Source of the DNA: Octopus vulgaris
Taxonomy: Eukaryota
Reading direction: 5' to 3'
Assembly (NCBI GenBank): GCA_951406725.2
Contig: OX597816.1
Span: 141,794,001 to 141,858,000 of the forward strand
Length of the DNA stretch: 64,000 bases
Positions 24,481 to 38,663 of the stretch are shown here, piece after piece. The notes below the pieces were generated by a model, which worked only from the letters and a program-made list of their open reading frames with translations, ran no database searches and had not been told where the DNA came from. The position numbers and the translations under genes are program-made. The stretch's first letter is position 1; each line of letters opens with the position of its first letter.

Positions 24481-25184
24481 GAACTAATAACCATTCATTT
24501 ACACAACTCAAGTTGTGTACTATGACTGTATGAGATTATAACAGCAGTTCAAAATCAATAAAATCACACATGTTCTTAGACTGAAAGGAAATATTAAAAT
24601 GTTTTACGATATTTCACAATATTTCAAATAATGCAATCAAATGAAATATTATGAGAATGCTATGATTTCGTTATTACATAATAAACACCATCTTCATTAT
24701 ACTTCTTAACTTGGTGAAGTGCTTTCTTTATGATTTGTTATCGGTACAAGAGCAAAGAAAGATAGTAGGAAGGATAACATAATGCTTAAGAGTTCTTAAT
24801 AGTACTAAGAAAACTTAAAATAAGTCTTGTATTAGTTCAGAAAATAGATTTATCCAGTCAGCAACAACAGAATAACAGTATGTTCTTGTTGTTGTTGCTG
24901 TGATCTTATGTCAGCTCCACTCAAACAGATAATGATCAAAAGTATTCAAGTCATGACCACCATGTATGTCAGTATGCCTAGGACTACATGCGTGGTGCAT
25001 TCCAGAAGCTCTGAGATTTTTTTAGGAGAGGCAGTTATAACTGTTCTAACTTATAGTAATTTTAATTTATCATTACTACACATCTCATAAGCTGATCTGC
25101 CAATTCTTGTTATTTCAGATTGAAGGAGACAGCTGTAACCACTTTGAACATAACCTACTAAACACTGCTTGACGCAGCTGGCAG

Positions 25185-25680
25185 TTGGAACATAAAGATA
25201 ATTTGGAAGTTCACTATGCAATAAAGTTTTGTATTAAACAAGGCAAAAATGCTACAGAAACATATGAAATGCTCCAGGTTGCTTATGGATTAACTTGTAT
25301 TGAGGTGAACATCTATTCTTTTTTTTTTTTTGCTGGCACAGGAGGCCAAGCAAAGCAAGTCCACCAGGAAGCTCATGATGATCCCCTTTTTTGACAGCAA
25401 GGGCATGATCTCCATCCACTAGGTTCCTTTTGGCAAAGAGTACTTGGTGAAAGTTTGAAGAGATTTCATTGCAAAAGGCTAGAGAACCTGCACCAGTCCA
25501 AAATTCCATCCTGGTAATCAACTACTTGATAGAGATGGGCATCAAAACAATCCCTCATCCTCCCTATAACCCAGAAGCTGAAGAAGATGGAGGAGGTTGT
25601 AACAAGGGTCTTGGATACCTGCACTTTGGAGGACTTCCATAGGACCCTCATGAAATAGCTGGAGTGCTACAACAAGCAGT
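25185..25680 (+). pseudogene. Internally deleted remnant of a second mariner family (irritans-like)
   Basis: HYAIKFCIKQGKNATETYEMLQVAYG (N-terminal HTH), KLMMIPFFDSKGMI, GIKTIPHPPYNP, LECYNK. Confidence 0.75.
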
Positions 25681-26339
25681 TATTTCAATGATAATTACTG
25701 GTGGTTGTACACAAAAGTTCTTTCTTTATCTTCCTCTTTGCCCTATCTTTATATTTTACTTGTTTCAGTCATTGGACTGTGGCTATGTTGATGCACTGTC
25801 TTGAAAGGTTTAGTTGAACAAATCAACTCCAGTACAAGAGAATAAGTACCTGAATTACTGGTGCCTATTAAGGCTTTGGTTTGCCTAGGGCTATAGCAGA
25901 AAATACGTGCCTATGGTAGCATGCAGTGGGACAGTACCCAAAATCATTTGACTGGGAAGCAAGCTACTCATCCACACAACTATGCTGCACCCATACTATC
26001 TTTACATCTGAGATGGTGCACCCACCATGCACATGTTCATCATCAGACTACTAAAAAATGGCCAATGGCATAACTCTTCCTATGCTGACACCCAAATTTA
26101 TGGTTCACTACAACAACAACAACAACAGTTTCTGATCTTCTGAACTTATTGTATATTGGTCCTACTTAAATACTATTCATGCACCCTTCTCTCTTTACAC
26201 TGTCATTCATCCTAGAGTTTGTACTAAGCAATATTCAGAACTGCAAATCTCTGTAACATGCTTGCTACCCATGATTTTCTTTTCAGCCACTGACTTCAAT
26301 GGTTCAAACTGAAGTATTTTCATTAATAATAATGTTCAT

Positions 26340-26625
26340 CTGTCATTGTCAGTGATGACCAGAACATCATATGGGAGAAGAAGATCATGGTACATCCAGT
26401 TGTGGCCAATCATGTTGATGCATACTCAGGAGTTTCTGCCACAGGTCAGGCACTGGTGGTCTACTGGGAATAAAGGCAAGGAGGTGGCTCTGGACTCGCA
26501 CAGCTCACGTTTTCTTTGTACTCCTGTGATCCTGTTCTGTTCATAGGAGGTAGCATCTCTGTTGGTGCAGCTATGCCAGGCAGGGTAGTCCTGTGCTTGC
26601 ATTTCCCACACGTTGGGGTTGATCT
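26340..26625 (-). mobile_element. RTE-clade LINE 3' fragment
   Basis: INPNVWEMQAQDYPAWH...HQCLTCGRNS*VCINMIGH (WE..A.D...W plus CxxCGR...H motif). Confidence 0.6.
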
Positions 26626-26934
26626 GAAAGTATTAATATTGTGCTAACAAACTAACCACACAAATTTGTGCAGTCTAATAGGATCTGGAAAAGCTATGAA
26701 TACTGATCTAATCCTTAAATGAACTAATAAAGGTATCAGAAGGAAGTTCAAGACCAGCAAATTCCTGAGAACTTCTATACACTATTGATCTCATTCTTGC
26801 AATATGCATTCAAAAAATTTCAAATATTGAAGGGTGAGCTTGAACCAATATGTTTATATGTAATGTGTAAAAGGGTAAAGAAAATGCTGTGAGTTAGTGG
26901 TACTCAATGGTATTTAAGGTAGAGATGACTGGAA

Positions 26935-26965
26935 ACTTAAATCTGCACTAAGTGCAGATTTAAGT
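26935..26965. repeat. Perfect 15-bp-arm palindrome
   Basis: acttaaatctgcact-a-agtgcagatttaagt. Confidence 0.9.
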
Positions 26966-27209
26966 GTCCAACCCATATCAATGAGGAAATCAAAATGCTG
27001 AAATGATGATGATGACAACCATAATAATGGTGTTGGTGGTGCTGAGAGTGGTGGTGATGAAGATAATACCTAGACCATTAAGATAACAGTATTACAATAT
27101 GATTTGAGACAGAGAGGGATCTAACAAGAAACTTGAAAGATGGAAAATCAAAGAATATAAGACACAAATTTGTTATCACATACAAAAAGAATCATAAACC
27201 TTATGATGG

Positions 27210-27248
<39 letters not shown>

Positions 27249-28724
27249 GGATGATAATGACGAAGATGATGATGAATAAATCATGGTTTATATAATGTAT
27301 TCAGCTATTTTACCTTTCCAGCCAAATCTTATTGCAGTAAATCCTTACAAATTCAATAAGCTAATATTCAAGCTAACATGTAGCGATATGCAATCTGTAT
27401 TGTGTGTGCTGCAGATGTTCATAATAGAAGCAGCAACAGTTGAGACATGGCTTATACTGCAGAAACAAATCATGGCCTGACAGTCATGTAAGATTAAGGC
27501 GACAGAAGGGCAAATTGGAGATGTAAATTTGCAATGAGATGACCGATACAAGCAGAAAACTGACCTCATAGCATTAGAGTTCAGTAAATGAAAAATTCTT
27601 TGAATGAACTCTGACTAAAATGTAACTAACTTCATGATTTACTTAGCTGGAACACTAACCTAATCTATCAACATATATAACCATTTAGTATGCTTTACAT
27701 CAAAATCTATGGAGCAAAGGAATAAACTCTGAAAAGAAAACGAAATTGAAGCTGAGTCAATGGGAGTTTTATTCATTTCATTTGAAAGGTGTCACATCAC
27801 AGGAGTTGATCTATGACTTTCAGGCAAATCTATCATAAAAACAAATATCTATATTCATGTGTACCAGAAGACATGTAAAACTTAGTAGATATAGTGAATT
27901 CACAATAAACCAAACCAAAAGTTAAAATTTCCTTTAAATCATCTTCATCTCAAGACATATTAGCTGAATTCTTCCCCCATTGCCACCATCACCGCCACCT
28001 TGTGCTCTACCATATATCTAGCCATATGAAAAGCAGAAATTCCTTAACTGACTTTTATTACTGATAGCAATTCTCAACCAGTCCTTTCTATTCCAAAACA
28101 ACTTTCTAAGCTAATTGACAACTGGAAACTTTTATGATCCTTGTTCAACTATAGTTAACAGGTCACATCGCTAACGTTAAAACAAGTCATTTGCCTCTCA
28201 TGCACATAGCTTCTGACAGTTTATATCAGCACTTTTCCATTGTTTAGCCTCATCTACCTTTTCTCATCCTTATCAAAGAATTCCATATGTAAAGAAAATA
28301 AGAAGAATATCTGTTTCTAGAGAATTCTTAATAGTCAACCTCCGGCTTCAGAACTCTGTAATATCTTATGATATAAGATAAATCAGTAAATACAAGTTGT
28401 AGATATCTATTTCAATTCAAAATTTCATTATCTTAAAAGGTTGGATACTTAATAAAACAAAACTAAAAGATAATCTATTTTTGATCTGTGATATAGAAAT
28501 AGCTTCATGGTTCATGCTTCTTTTTGAGCATTTTCGCACTTCTCAAATCATTCATGTAAAAATCCCATTTTGGAACTTTGTTTCTAATTCCTTTCCATTC
28601 AGGTGTTTATTTGAAGGAAATATTTAGCTGGAGGTTAAGCAACTAATTTAGAAGTTCTCTCAAGAAATGTTACAAATGCAAGTCAGTCGTTCAATACAGA
28701 CAGCAACAAATTACTTCTTTTGAA

Positions 28725-28915
28725 CACCACCACTGCCACCACAAGCCACATTACTACAACCACCAGCACCACCACCATAACTGTCAATTGCCACCAATAC
28801 CATGACCAATCACCACCACCAACTACTACCACCATCACCACTACCACAACTTACCATCACTACCACCACCACCACTACAACCACCTACCACCAACACCTT
28901 CTTACCACCTCACTA
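28725..28915. repeat. Degenerate (ACC)n tract
   Basis: ACC/ACT/ATC triplets; gives rise to a spurious T/H-rich ORF. Confidence 0.85.
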
Positions 28916-29554
28916 CAAGCTTTCTTTCATTTTATCTCAAAGATAGTTTAATTATGGGAAGTTGTGTACTGAAGCCAAAGCCAATTATTTTTCTTAGAAA
29001 CAAGCAAGCATAGCTAGAATATCACTTTTGATCCCTTACATGTATACATTAATGACTTCTAACACTGGCATTAAGGCCTGACTTTATAATGTAAAGTGGA
29101 TTATATAAAAACTCTACCTGGTTAAGACACTAGTCCTATCACGGATAAGCTTATCAAATTAACTGGTATCTATTTCCTACCACAGCTGGGGTGAACTGAG
29201 TTAATGTGCAATAAAGTGTCCTACTCAAAAACATAACAAAACACCATCACCGGATTTGAACTCATGTTCCATGATCAAGTAGTTTTATACCTTATTTACT
29301 TGACAGGCATGGCTGTGTGGGTAAGAAGTTTGCTTCTCAACTGCATGGTCTCATGAATACTATGAACTACACTGTAATCATCCCTGGAATAGGGACAGTG
29401 ATCTTAAGAGACATGTGATGTGTGGAAATGCATGTAGCAATGCATCTTGGACCAAGTTTCTTCTACTATAGCCTCGGGCAGACCAAAGCCCTGTGAGTTG
29501 ATTTAGTAGATGGAAACTGAAAGAAGCCTATCACATATATGTATATATACATAC

Positions 29555-29862
29555 ATAGTAATAATAATAATCCTTGGATGGAATTCATAAACATTTAATG
29601 CATCACTACACACGTTTCCATAAATCACATGTCTCTTAAGATCACAGTCCGTATTACAGTGTAGTCTGTAGTATCCAAGGGTATCAGGTTGATCATCTTC
29701 ATGATTTCATTTCTTCAGACAATGACCATCTTCATGAATACTATGGGCTACACTGTAATCATCTCAGGAATAAGGACAGTGATCTTAAGAGACATGTGAT
29801 TTGTGGAAATGCGTATGGCAATGCATTAAATTCCATCCGAGGATTATTGCTATTATTACTAT
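29555..29862. repeat. ~120-bp-arm imperfect inverted repeat, with a third copy at 29351-29445
   Basis: aaatcacatgtctcttaagatcac (left arm) versus gtgatcttaagagacatgtgattt (right arm); termini atagtaataata / tattattactat. Confidence 0.85.
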
Positions 29863-30000
29863 ATTTACCCTATATTATATCAGTACAGCTTGATACAACC
29901 CCAAAAAACTGGTTCACTAGTCAGCATCATTAGATGGTGACCAGCATAATGGAATAGGAGCTTCATTTGCATTTTCAAAAGGTTTCCCGTAAACAAATTT

Positions 30001-30003
<3 letters not shown>

Positions 30004-30056
<53 letters not shown>

Positions 30057-30061
30057 TAGAT

Positions 30062-30119
<58 letters not shown>

Positions 30120-30270
30120 AACACACATACACACACATATATATATATATTTTTTTAATTTGTTTATGGGAAACAAATTATATATATATATATATATGTT
30201 TATATATATATATAAACACACATACACACAAACACACATATATATATATATAAACTCATATATATGTATA
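30004..30270. repeat. (TA)n-(TAGA)n-(CA)n compound microsatellite
   Basis: Directly visible. Confidence 0.95.
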
Positions 30271-30808
30271 TATGAAAATACACATACAAGACTGGAGATG
30301 AAGAAAAAAGGTCGGTCATACCCCTAAAATTCTTATAAAAAATTATGATTTCTGATGAACTTTTGACAAAGCAATACATGCTTTCTCCTATCAAATACTG
30401 TCTACAAATTCTTTCTGTATATATGCTTATAAACAATTATGATTTCTGACAAACTTATAAACAATCATGAACTTGCCTATTTTGATCACTTTGTGTAACA
30501 ATCTTTGTTTTGTTTTTTTACCATCCTTGTTTTCGTATACATTCGATGCTTTCTTCCAAGGAATCTGATGCTCTTAGTTTAGTCTTTCCTTGGGGCTGGC
30601 CAGATTGGAGCAATCTTGAGTATAACCAGCCAAAATTGCAAAGATAATATAGAACTCGACTTAGGAAAGAAAACTCCAAATGATCCGTCCTTGTTTTCTT
30701 TGTATCGTCTATCTAGATGTTTTGTTGTCCCTTTTTTGTATCACCTAACTGTCTGAATGTTTTGCGTTCTTGTCCCATTTTATATTTTTTATATATATGT
30801 ATATAAAT

Positions 30809-30843
<35 letters not shown>

Positions 30844-33800
30844 CACACAATAAGTATGATCCAGGATTCCAAGTGTAGGAAGTTAGTAAGTTTCAAGCAA
30901 TAGGCAGCTGGTATAGAGAACAAAAAGTGGAAAGTGTATGGTAAAATAAAAATGTATTAACATTGTAAGTCACAAACTTACAATGAGAGAGAGAGAATGT
31001 GTGCATGTATGTGCGGGTATGTATGTAGGGTATGTATGTAGGGTATGTGTGTGTGTGTGCATGCATGCATGTGTGAGTGTGTGTATGCATTGATGTATTT
31101 ATTTCCACATGTCTTTGCATTGACTGCACTTACTGGTGACGTTTATATTCAATATTTGCAAATCGTCTGACAGCTCAGTGATTTGTGCAAGGTCATGGAA
31201 TAATATATCTTACTTGAAAACAATGTAAATAAAATGGCATCAAGAAGGACAGCCAGCTGTAGAATATCATCTGAACAAACTTTAATCAGCCCATACCAGC
31301 ATGGGAAAAATAGACAATGATTATGTTTTTGATTTACTTCAACAGCCATGACAATCTTCTCTATCTCCAACCACATTTTATCCCCTGCAGATATTGACCT
31401 ACAAATATTCAAGGTAATCAACGACAACATCAATCTCAGCAGTCTCATAGGGTTTGCATAGGTCACAGACTCTGCTCCTATCTTTTCTGATTATGTGATC
31501 TAAAGAAAAGTTAAGATTGCAATTGCATTCTTCATTTTCTTTATCTTATACTGTATGTGTGTGTCTGTGTGTGAGTGTGTGTGCATATGTGTGTATGTGC
31601 ATGTATATTTGTGTGTGTGCATGTGTGTGCACGTGCATGTATATTTGTGTGTGTGAGAGAGAGAGTGTATGTATAACGCAAAATTACAGAAAATCCTGTA
31701 CATTTCTTTTCTTGTCTATACTATTTTCATTTTCACAGAACAGTTGTCCAGCTATAATAATCTCTATATAATATCTACATATTTTTCTTTAACTGTTGCC
31801 TATAAGAATATAAAGAATTTTTAGTAGAAACATAGGACAAGGAAGGAAATTAGATTAGTTATTTCATGTGAAATTTCAAAGTATAGTAATTGGTGGAAAT
31901 AAGCAAGTGAAGATATACATAATAACATAGTTTTGAAAAAGGATTGTCCTTCTGTTAAGTGTTTTTGACATTAATGCAATATATTTGGCTGCTCTTCTCA
32001 GCAACACTTGTCAAGACAATGGGGATTAAAAGCTATCAAAATCCAAAAATAAAATGAAGATAGACGTAGATTTATTTAAATGAATGAACAGTCAGTGTCA
32101 CTGCAAGATCTTTTCAAATTACCTGACTGAACAGTAAAGACTCATACAGTAACACACTAGATTTACCAAGTCAGAAATATTCTAAATTTTCTCACAATCT
32201 CTTCTACAGTCAAAACAATGATTTTGGCTCTTCTAAACTAACAAGTTGTATATTATTATGTTAATGTATCCCTCATCATTATTGTCTTATTGACCCAAAA
32301 CTCTAAACTAAATACTACAATAAATTCTTCTTCAGAGGTGCAACTTTCCAAGACTTCATTATGGCTCATCTTTTTAGTAAGACATCGACCTGCAGAAGTT
32401 ATCCAAGCAGTAACATAAATTGTATCAATTTCATCAGACCCAGAGGGTTTGCAAAAGCCACGGTCACTGCTCTTTCATGTCTTACTATCTTGATATCTTT
32501 CAACCAGAATGATTTTCCTCAGCAGACTGAGAGGACTTGCAAAGGCTATGGCACTAATTCATGCTCCCCAGATAAAAAAAAAATGGAAAAAAATCATTTT
32601 CTAGAGAATGAAAATTCTTAATGTGATTAAACTGTTGTGGCTATCAATATATACATAACTGAGTTAGAATCTCAAGCCCATGTGACCAACCCATCACCTT
32701 TATTATGCCTCAGATCCCAGATTAAACACTTCATTGAGTCCTTCCTTCTCAGAAATACAACCATCTGGAATTCCTTCCCTGTCCATATTTTTTTGAGACA
32801 CTAACCAACATATTTTAAGGGTGAACATCAGTAATGTCAATTCCACTAGTTTATAACAACCTGCAAAGATCCTTTTACCAGCTTATTGAATATAAGTGTG
32901 TTATTATTTTGTTTGCAATGACAGAATTAGGTATAGGTGACTCAGATAAGAAGGAAGAGTGTGTTTTCACTTATGATAGATATTTTACTGGTTCTAAGCT
33001 AATATGGTATATTGTAACCTATAACAAGAACACTATCAATGCACCTAATAAAATGAATTAGATGTAACCATTACCCAGTCTGAATTCACAATTTGAGCAG
33101 TATGTCAAATAGGTTCTCAGGTTACACAGGAGGAAATATAGTGACTTTCAAAGTTCTTGTTGAGTAGGGAGTGGGGTTCATCTCTACCCAAGTAGACCAA
33201 TAACACAGACTTACTTAACTCAACCCACAGACCAATATTCTTTGTATGCTTTGTTCTGATCTAAGGCTACTTTGTTGAGAAGTTGGTTGTAAAGTGAACA
33301 GTATGTCACAATAGTATGTTGCACATATTTTACTGAACATCATCATGCTTAATCAAAATGTATTGATAAACAGCAGCAATGAAGGTGGGTAAGGTGGACT
33401 TAGTCAGTGTTTCAGTGCTTAAACCGCAGAATTTATTAGGGATTGTTGGTAGCCTGGTTCAGAATCTGAGCAAAATAAGTTAACTTTGGTATGAGTATGA
33501 ATCAAGTAGGAGATATAGTTATTTCAGTCTGGAGTTGTACTCCTGTTTTCAACTGATCCTGATATGTCAAGGTGTTTGTGGGTGGTAGTGTATATCGTTG
33601 CAGGGACAAGTGATTTGGTACAGACTGCAGCCATAAAATGTACTTTCCACAAACCCAAGCACCTTTCAGTATTTTTCCATTGCAATTACAGGTGGTTCAC
33701 AGATGTGACTAGTGTATTCTATGCTATATTGCCAGCTGTGCTACCTCAGAATACTTTGTAATTATTTCTGTCTGGTTTGTAAACAAGTGTTACAGCTTGC

Positions 33801-35759
33801 ATATCTTATTTCAATGTTGTTCCAGTGAGTTCATACAATGAGTTTTATTACATTTGTATTTAATTAATGTTCTGAAAGACATTGAGGGTAAGTGGGTGTA
33901 TGTGATACACAGGATTTGGGTCTTCTCTGTGGTTGGAGAATGTTTTATTAAATGAGAAATAAGTGTGAGTCATAAAACAATTCTCTTCAGTATTGCTGAT
34001 ACATAATGTAATGCAGGATTTGTTTAGCATTAGCATTACTGTTAAACTATAGTTCAAACAAAGATTCTAATTTGCAGATATATATGGTTTATGTTGATTC
34101 GCACTTGTATCTGAGGAACTGTGAATAAGTGGGGTTTTTTATGACACGGCTGAGATGTTAGATGTACATTGAATGGAAATGTGTAATTTGAAGACACAAT
34201 AGCATAACAGAAAAAATCTGGTGGCTATTGAAAAAAATTGTTATATTTAATATAAACTGGGCCTCCTAAGAATCATTAGCTTCCTGATGATTTTTGATTC
34301 AAAGTATTGCTGTTGTAGTCACATGCTCTGAGACAAATCTAAACTGAAGTTGCTTGTCTTTATCTAATCTAGAGTAAAACTTAATGAAGTTGTCTGTATT
34401 CTTTTGAGACAACTTGTTTACACTGATGTTTGATTCCAGACTAATTTCTTCATTGGCAGATTCAGTAGTTAAATGAAGGCTCCATGTCAAATCCCTAGCC
34501 TATCTCAGGAAATATCAAGTAATCAAAACATTGTATCAGAATCTATGATAATGAATAGTGGAGATGAGAAAAATAGTCCAAAATCAAAGAAGCATCAATT
34601 GAATGAAGTCTTTCCAAATACATTGTGCTACAGAAGACAAGAATTCTGTTAACATCTTAAAATATGTTTCCCAGGAGAATTTGCTTGTCTTTTTAAGTTA
34701 TATTTTTCACTATCAACCATGAATGCAGTAAAAAAAAGCCAACTTCATGTATATTAAACCCCTCCCCTCTAAAAAAAGTGTGTTTGATAGAGTTTTAGCT
34801 TGACTTTAAATAGTTCAAGGTGGAAAACAGTCTTGTGAAAATAAATAGATCATGCTGGAAAAGGAAAGCGAAAGTCAAAATAATTATAGTTATAGGTGAA
34901 TATTTCAGAAATGTGATCATGATTGATAAGGTGTTTGAAGTCCAAGTAATTGTTCCTAAATTGTTGATATTTTATTCAAATACATGTAGAATGGTAATAG
35001 AGAATCTGAGATTCTGTGTGGGAGGCACTCACATCTTTCACTTTTGAGAATGAAGAGAATTACAAGGAAGAAGAGAACTCAAATGAGCTGGTTTAAACCA
35101 ACAAACATAGCAAACACAAATTATAGCAATTCATGCAACAAATGTAATTCCTCCCACAATACTAAAGATAAAACAGTGCCAAGTTTGGTTTGCTTTCAAA
35201 TGAGCAATTATTTATATAATATGCATGTGGGTACTTTTCAACTGATATAGCAGCTAATCACCTCTGGGCTGAGTAGCCCACACCAGCATAGAAAAGCTGA
35301 TAAAAGGATGATAATGATGGTGGTGGTGGTGGTAGTAGTGATGGTGATAGTGAAAGTGGTGGTGGTGGTGATGATGATGATGATGATGATGATGATTACC
35401 CCCTGCAACATAATGCTACAGTAGATTAAGTATTTTGCCTTTGTTCTAAACCACTGATTCATAACATTTTTTCATCTATATTCCCATGTTCTTTGAAGCT
35501 CTATAATAAGCACTCAAGCCTTGCAACCTTAGATGTAAAATTTTATCTACAACATACACAGTGCCTATTGGTTTGTTATTAAGATCAAGACAGAAGTTTT
35601 CTGCTCTAACTATCAGATTTATGAATTTTGGTCTCGATTTTACATTAGTTTCGTCCAAATGTACAATTTAAAAAAAAAGTCTTTTTAACCAATAAAAAGT
35701 TTCCTCTCCAATTAAATCATCTCATGTCCCCATCCCACATTGAAAATGTTTGGCCTTAT

Positions 35760-36555
35760 TCTTTTATTCCTCTACTTGTTTCAGTCATTTGAATGCGGTC
35801 ATGCTGGAGCATTGCCTTAAAGGGCTTTTTAGTCAAAGAAATTAACCCCAGGACTTACTCTTTGTAAGCCTAGTACTTATTCTATTGGTCTATTTTGCTG
35901 AACTGTTTGTTAAGTTACGGTGACATAAAAACACCGACATTGGTTGAAAAGTGGTGGGGGACAACAAACAGAGACACAATTACATACATACATATACAAC
36001 AGGCTTCCTTCAGTTTCCATCTACCAAATCCAGGTTTTGGTCAGCCTGAGGCTATAGTAGAAGACACTTGCCCAAGGTGCCACCCAATGGGACTGAACTT
36101 GGAACTATGTGGTTGGGAAGCAAGCTTCTTACCACACAGCCATGTCTGTGCCTAATGTACAATTTGTTTTTTTTTTTAAATGTCTTTTTAACCAGTGAAA
36201 AGTTTCCTTTCCAATTGAATAATCTCTTATGCTCCCATCCTTTGTTAAAAATGTTCAGCCTTAACCAGTTTATTTTACTTTTATCAGTCATTAGACTTGA
36301 AGGGTTTAGTTGAACAAATCAACCCCAAGTACTTATTCTATCTGTCAGTTATTGCTGAACCACTAAGTTATGGCAAGAGGTGGTGGGGAACAAATAGAAC
36401 CAAAACACAAACACATACACATGCAGCAGGCTTCTTTCAGTTTCCATCTACCAAATCCACTCACAGTTTCAGTTGGCCCAAAGCTATAGTACAAGACCCT
36501 TGCCCAGTGTGTCACACAGTGATATTGAATCTAAGACCACATGGTTGGGAAGCTT
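35760..36555 (-). mobile_element. Two decayed copies of the dominant SINE
   Basis: gtttcagtcattt...ctagtacttattctattggtc...cagtttccatctaccaaatcc...gttgggaagc modules, present twice. Confidence 0.8.
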
Positions 36556-37409
36556 GTACATACATCCTTGCTGAATGTATAAGTCAGTGATCACAAAGAT
36601 ATTAAGGTGTACTAATGTTTCCTGAATCTTAAATGGTCTTTAATATACCTGTTAATAAAAGAATATTTCTGTATATATCAATTTTTTCAAAGGAATTAGT
36701 GATAGTTAAATCATCATCATCAACTACATATTAAATTAAAAGAACACTTTTCCTCCTAGAAATACCGTAAATAATTTAATGATGGCCTTTGGTCAGTGCA
36801 AACTGAAGAGAAATGAGAGGAGTATGAAAGGCTGAGTGTAAGAGAGAGATGAGAGAACTTTTGGGATTTAAGGATATCAACTGATGTATATAGCAGAGAT
36901 GAACATACTGATGGAAACATGTAATGTAAATGTATGATGACAGTCGGGAGAAAAGTGTTGTGAACTGATGATCAAAGGTACTTGTGTAAAAGGAGCAGTT
37001 AGAAAGAAGTGGTGAAATTCAATCTTAGGAGACTGGGCTTCAACGAAGAAACTATGAGTCACCTGATTAGTGATATTCCATACAGTATGTCTGTTCTGCA
37101 AATGACAACATAGGAAAATGAATATTAAAATAACAATGCTGATTTAAATTTTAGTGACTTTTCTCCAAAATTTTCTCACCCACTTTTTACCTATCTTTTA
37201 CTTGATTCACTTATTAGACTGTGGCCATACTGGGGCACCACCTTGAAGAACTTTTAATTGAATGACTAGACCCCAGTACTTATTTTTGTTAAGCCTGTTG
37301 ATTATTCTATCAGGTTTCTTTTTGCCAAACTGCTAAGTTACAAGGACATAAACACATCAAAACCAGTTATCAAGTTGTAATGGAGGACAAACACAGACAC
37401 AAAGACACA

Positions 37410-38150
37410 CACACATCATCATCATCATTTAGTGTCTGCTTTCAATGCTGGCATGGGTTAGATGGTTTGACTGGAACTGGCAAACCAGAGAGCTGTACCT
37501 TGTTGCAGTCTGATTTGGCTTGGTTTCTATGGCAGGATACCTTTCTTAACACCAACCACTCCAAGAATGTACTGGGTGCTTTTTACATGTCACCAGCACT
37601 GGTCACAACTATGATTTCATTTGGTTTGACGAGTCTTCTCAAGCATAGCAAATCACCAAAGCACTTGATCACTTGTCATTGCCTCTGTGAGACCCAACAT
37701 TTGAAGATTATGCTTCACCACCTCATCCCATGTCTTTCTGGGTCTACTTCTTCCACAGGTTCCCTTTGCAGTTAAAACATGGCACTTCTTTATGCAGCTG
37801 TCCTTGTTCATACCCATCACTTGACCATACCTGGGCAGTCATCTCCCTTGTACACCACATCTGATGCCTCTTATGCCCAATTTTTCTCTCAAGACACTTA
37901 CACTCTGTCATATATGCACACAGACACTGAACATCCAGCGAATCATACTAGCTTTGTTTCTTTCAAGCCTTCACATATCCTCTGCAGTCACAACCCATGT
38001 TTCAGTGCCATGTAGTATGGCTGCTCGCACAGAGGCATAATACAATCTGCTTTTCACTCTGAGGGAGAGGCCCTTTGTTACCAACAAAGATGGAATCTCT
38101 CTGAACTTTGCCCAACCTATCTACACTTTTGGAGCATCCAGCTCCACTGC
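37410..38150 (-). mobile_element. RTE-clade LINE 3' fragment with (GAT)n tail
   Basis: GWAKFREIPSLLVTKGLSLRVKSRLYYASVRAAILHGTETWVV on the minus strand (~38115-37990). Confidence 0.75.
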
Positions 38151-38159
38151 TGACTTATA

Positions 38160-38206
<47 letters not shown>

Positions 38207-38356
38207 CAGGATTCTTTCAGTTTCTGTCTATGAAATCCACTTACAAGGCTATAGTAGAAAACACTCACCCAAGGTGCCACAAAGTGGAACTGAACCCAGA
38301 ACTGTGTGTTTGGAAAGCAGACTTCTTACAACACAGCTACACCTGTGCCTACGAAC

Positions 38357-38663
38357 TTCTTTGGTTACTATTTTACTCCGATGGACCACCATTGCTACTT
38401 GAAGTTTAGATACTAATTTTATAGATACTTCATTAACTTCTCACAAAATTTCATGCATTCACTCGTGTAAGATGAACTATGTAAAACATTAGAGAAAGAA
38501 ACCAAGCTGGCTTTTGCAATAAATACATCTAAAGCGAAATCTTTCCATGGGTTCTTAATATATTACTGTGGATCCCTAATTTACAACTTTGCTTTTGTGG
38601 ACCTCACCATAAAATCTTATATAGGCCTCCAGGGGTCATATGGACCCTGATTGAGAACCACTG
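38357..38663. mobile_element. Second copy of the hAT-type element, left end lost
   Basis: Colinear with 2650-2959; ends in gattgagaaccactg. Confidence 0.7.

Noticed and set aside
29191-29212. Minus-strand TATTGCACATTAACTCAGTTCA resembles miR-32/miR-92 family (vertebrate TMEM245 hosts miR-32)
   Set aside because: It lies within a decayed SINE segment (compare 52685-52720 and 58450-58490), and I see no complementary star arm, so it is probably coincidental.
31980-34500. Possible ancient L1/Tx1-like LINE on the minus strand (also ~41280-44150)
   Set aside because: Only faint motif echoes; not supportable without a profile search.
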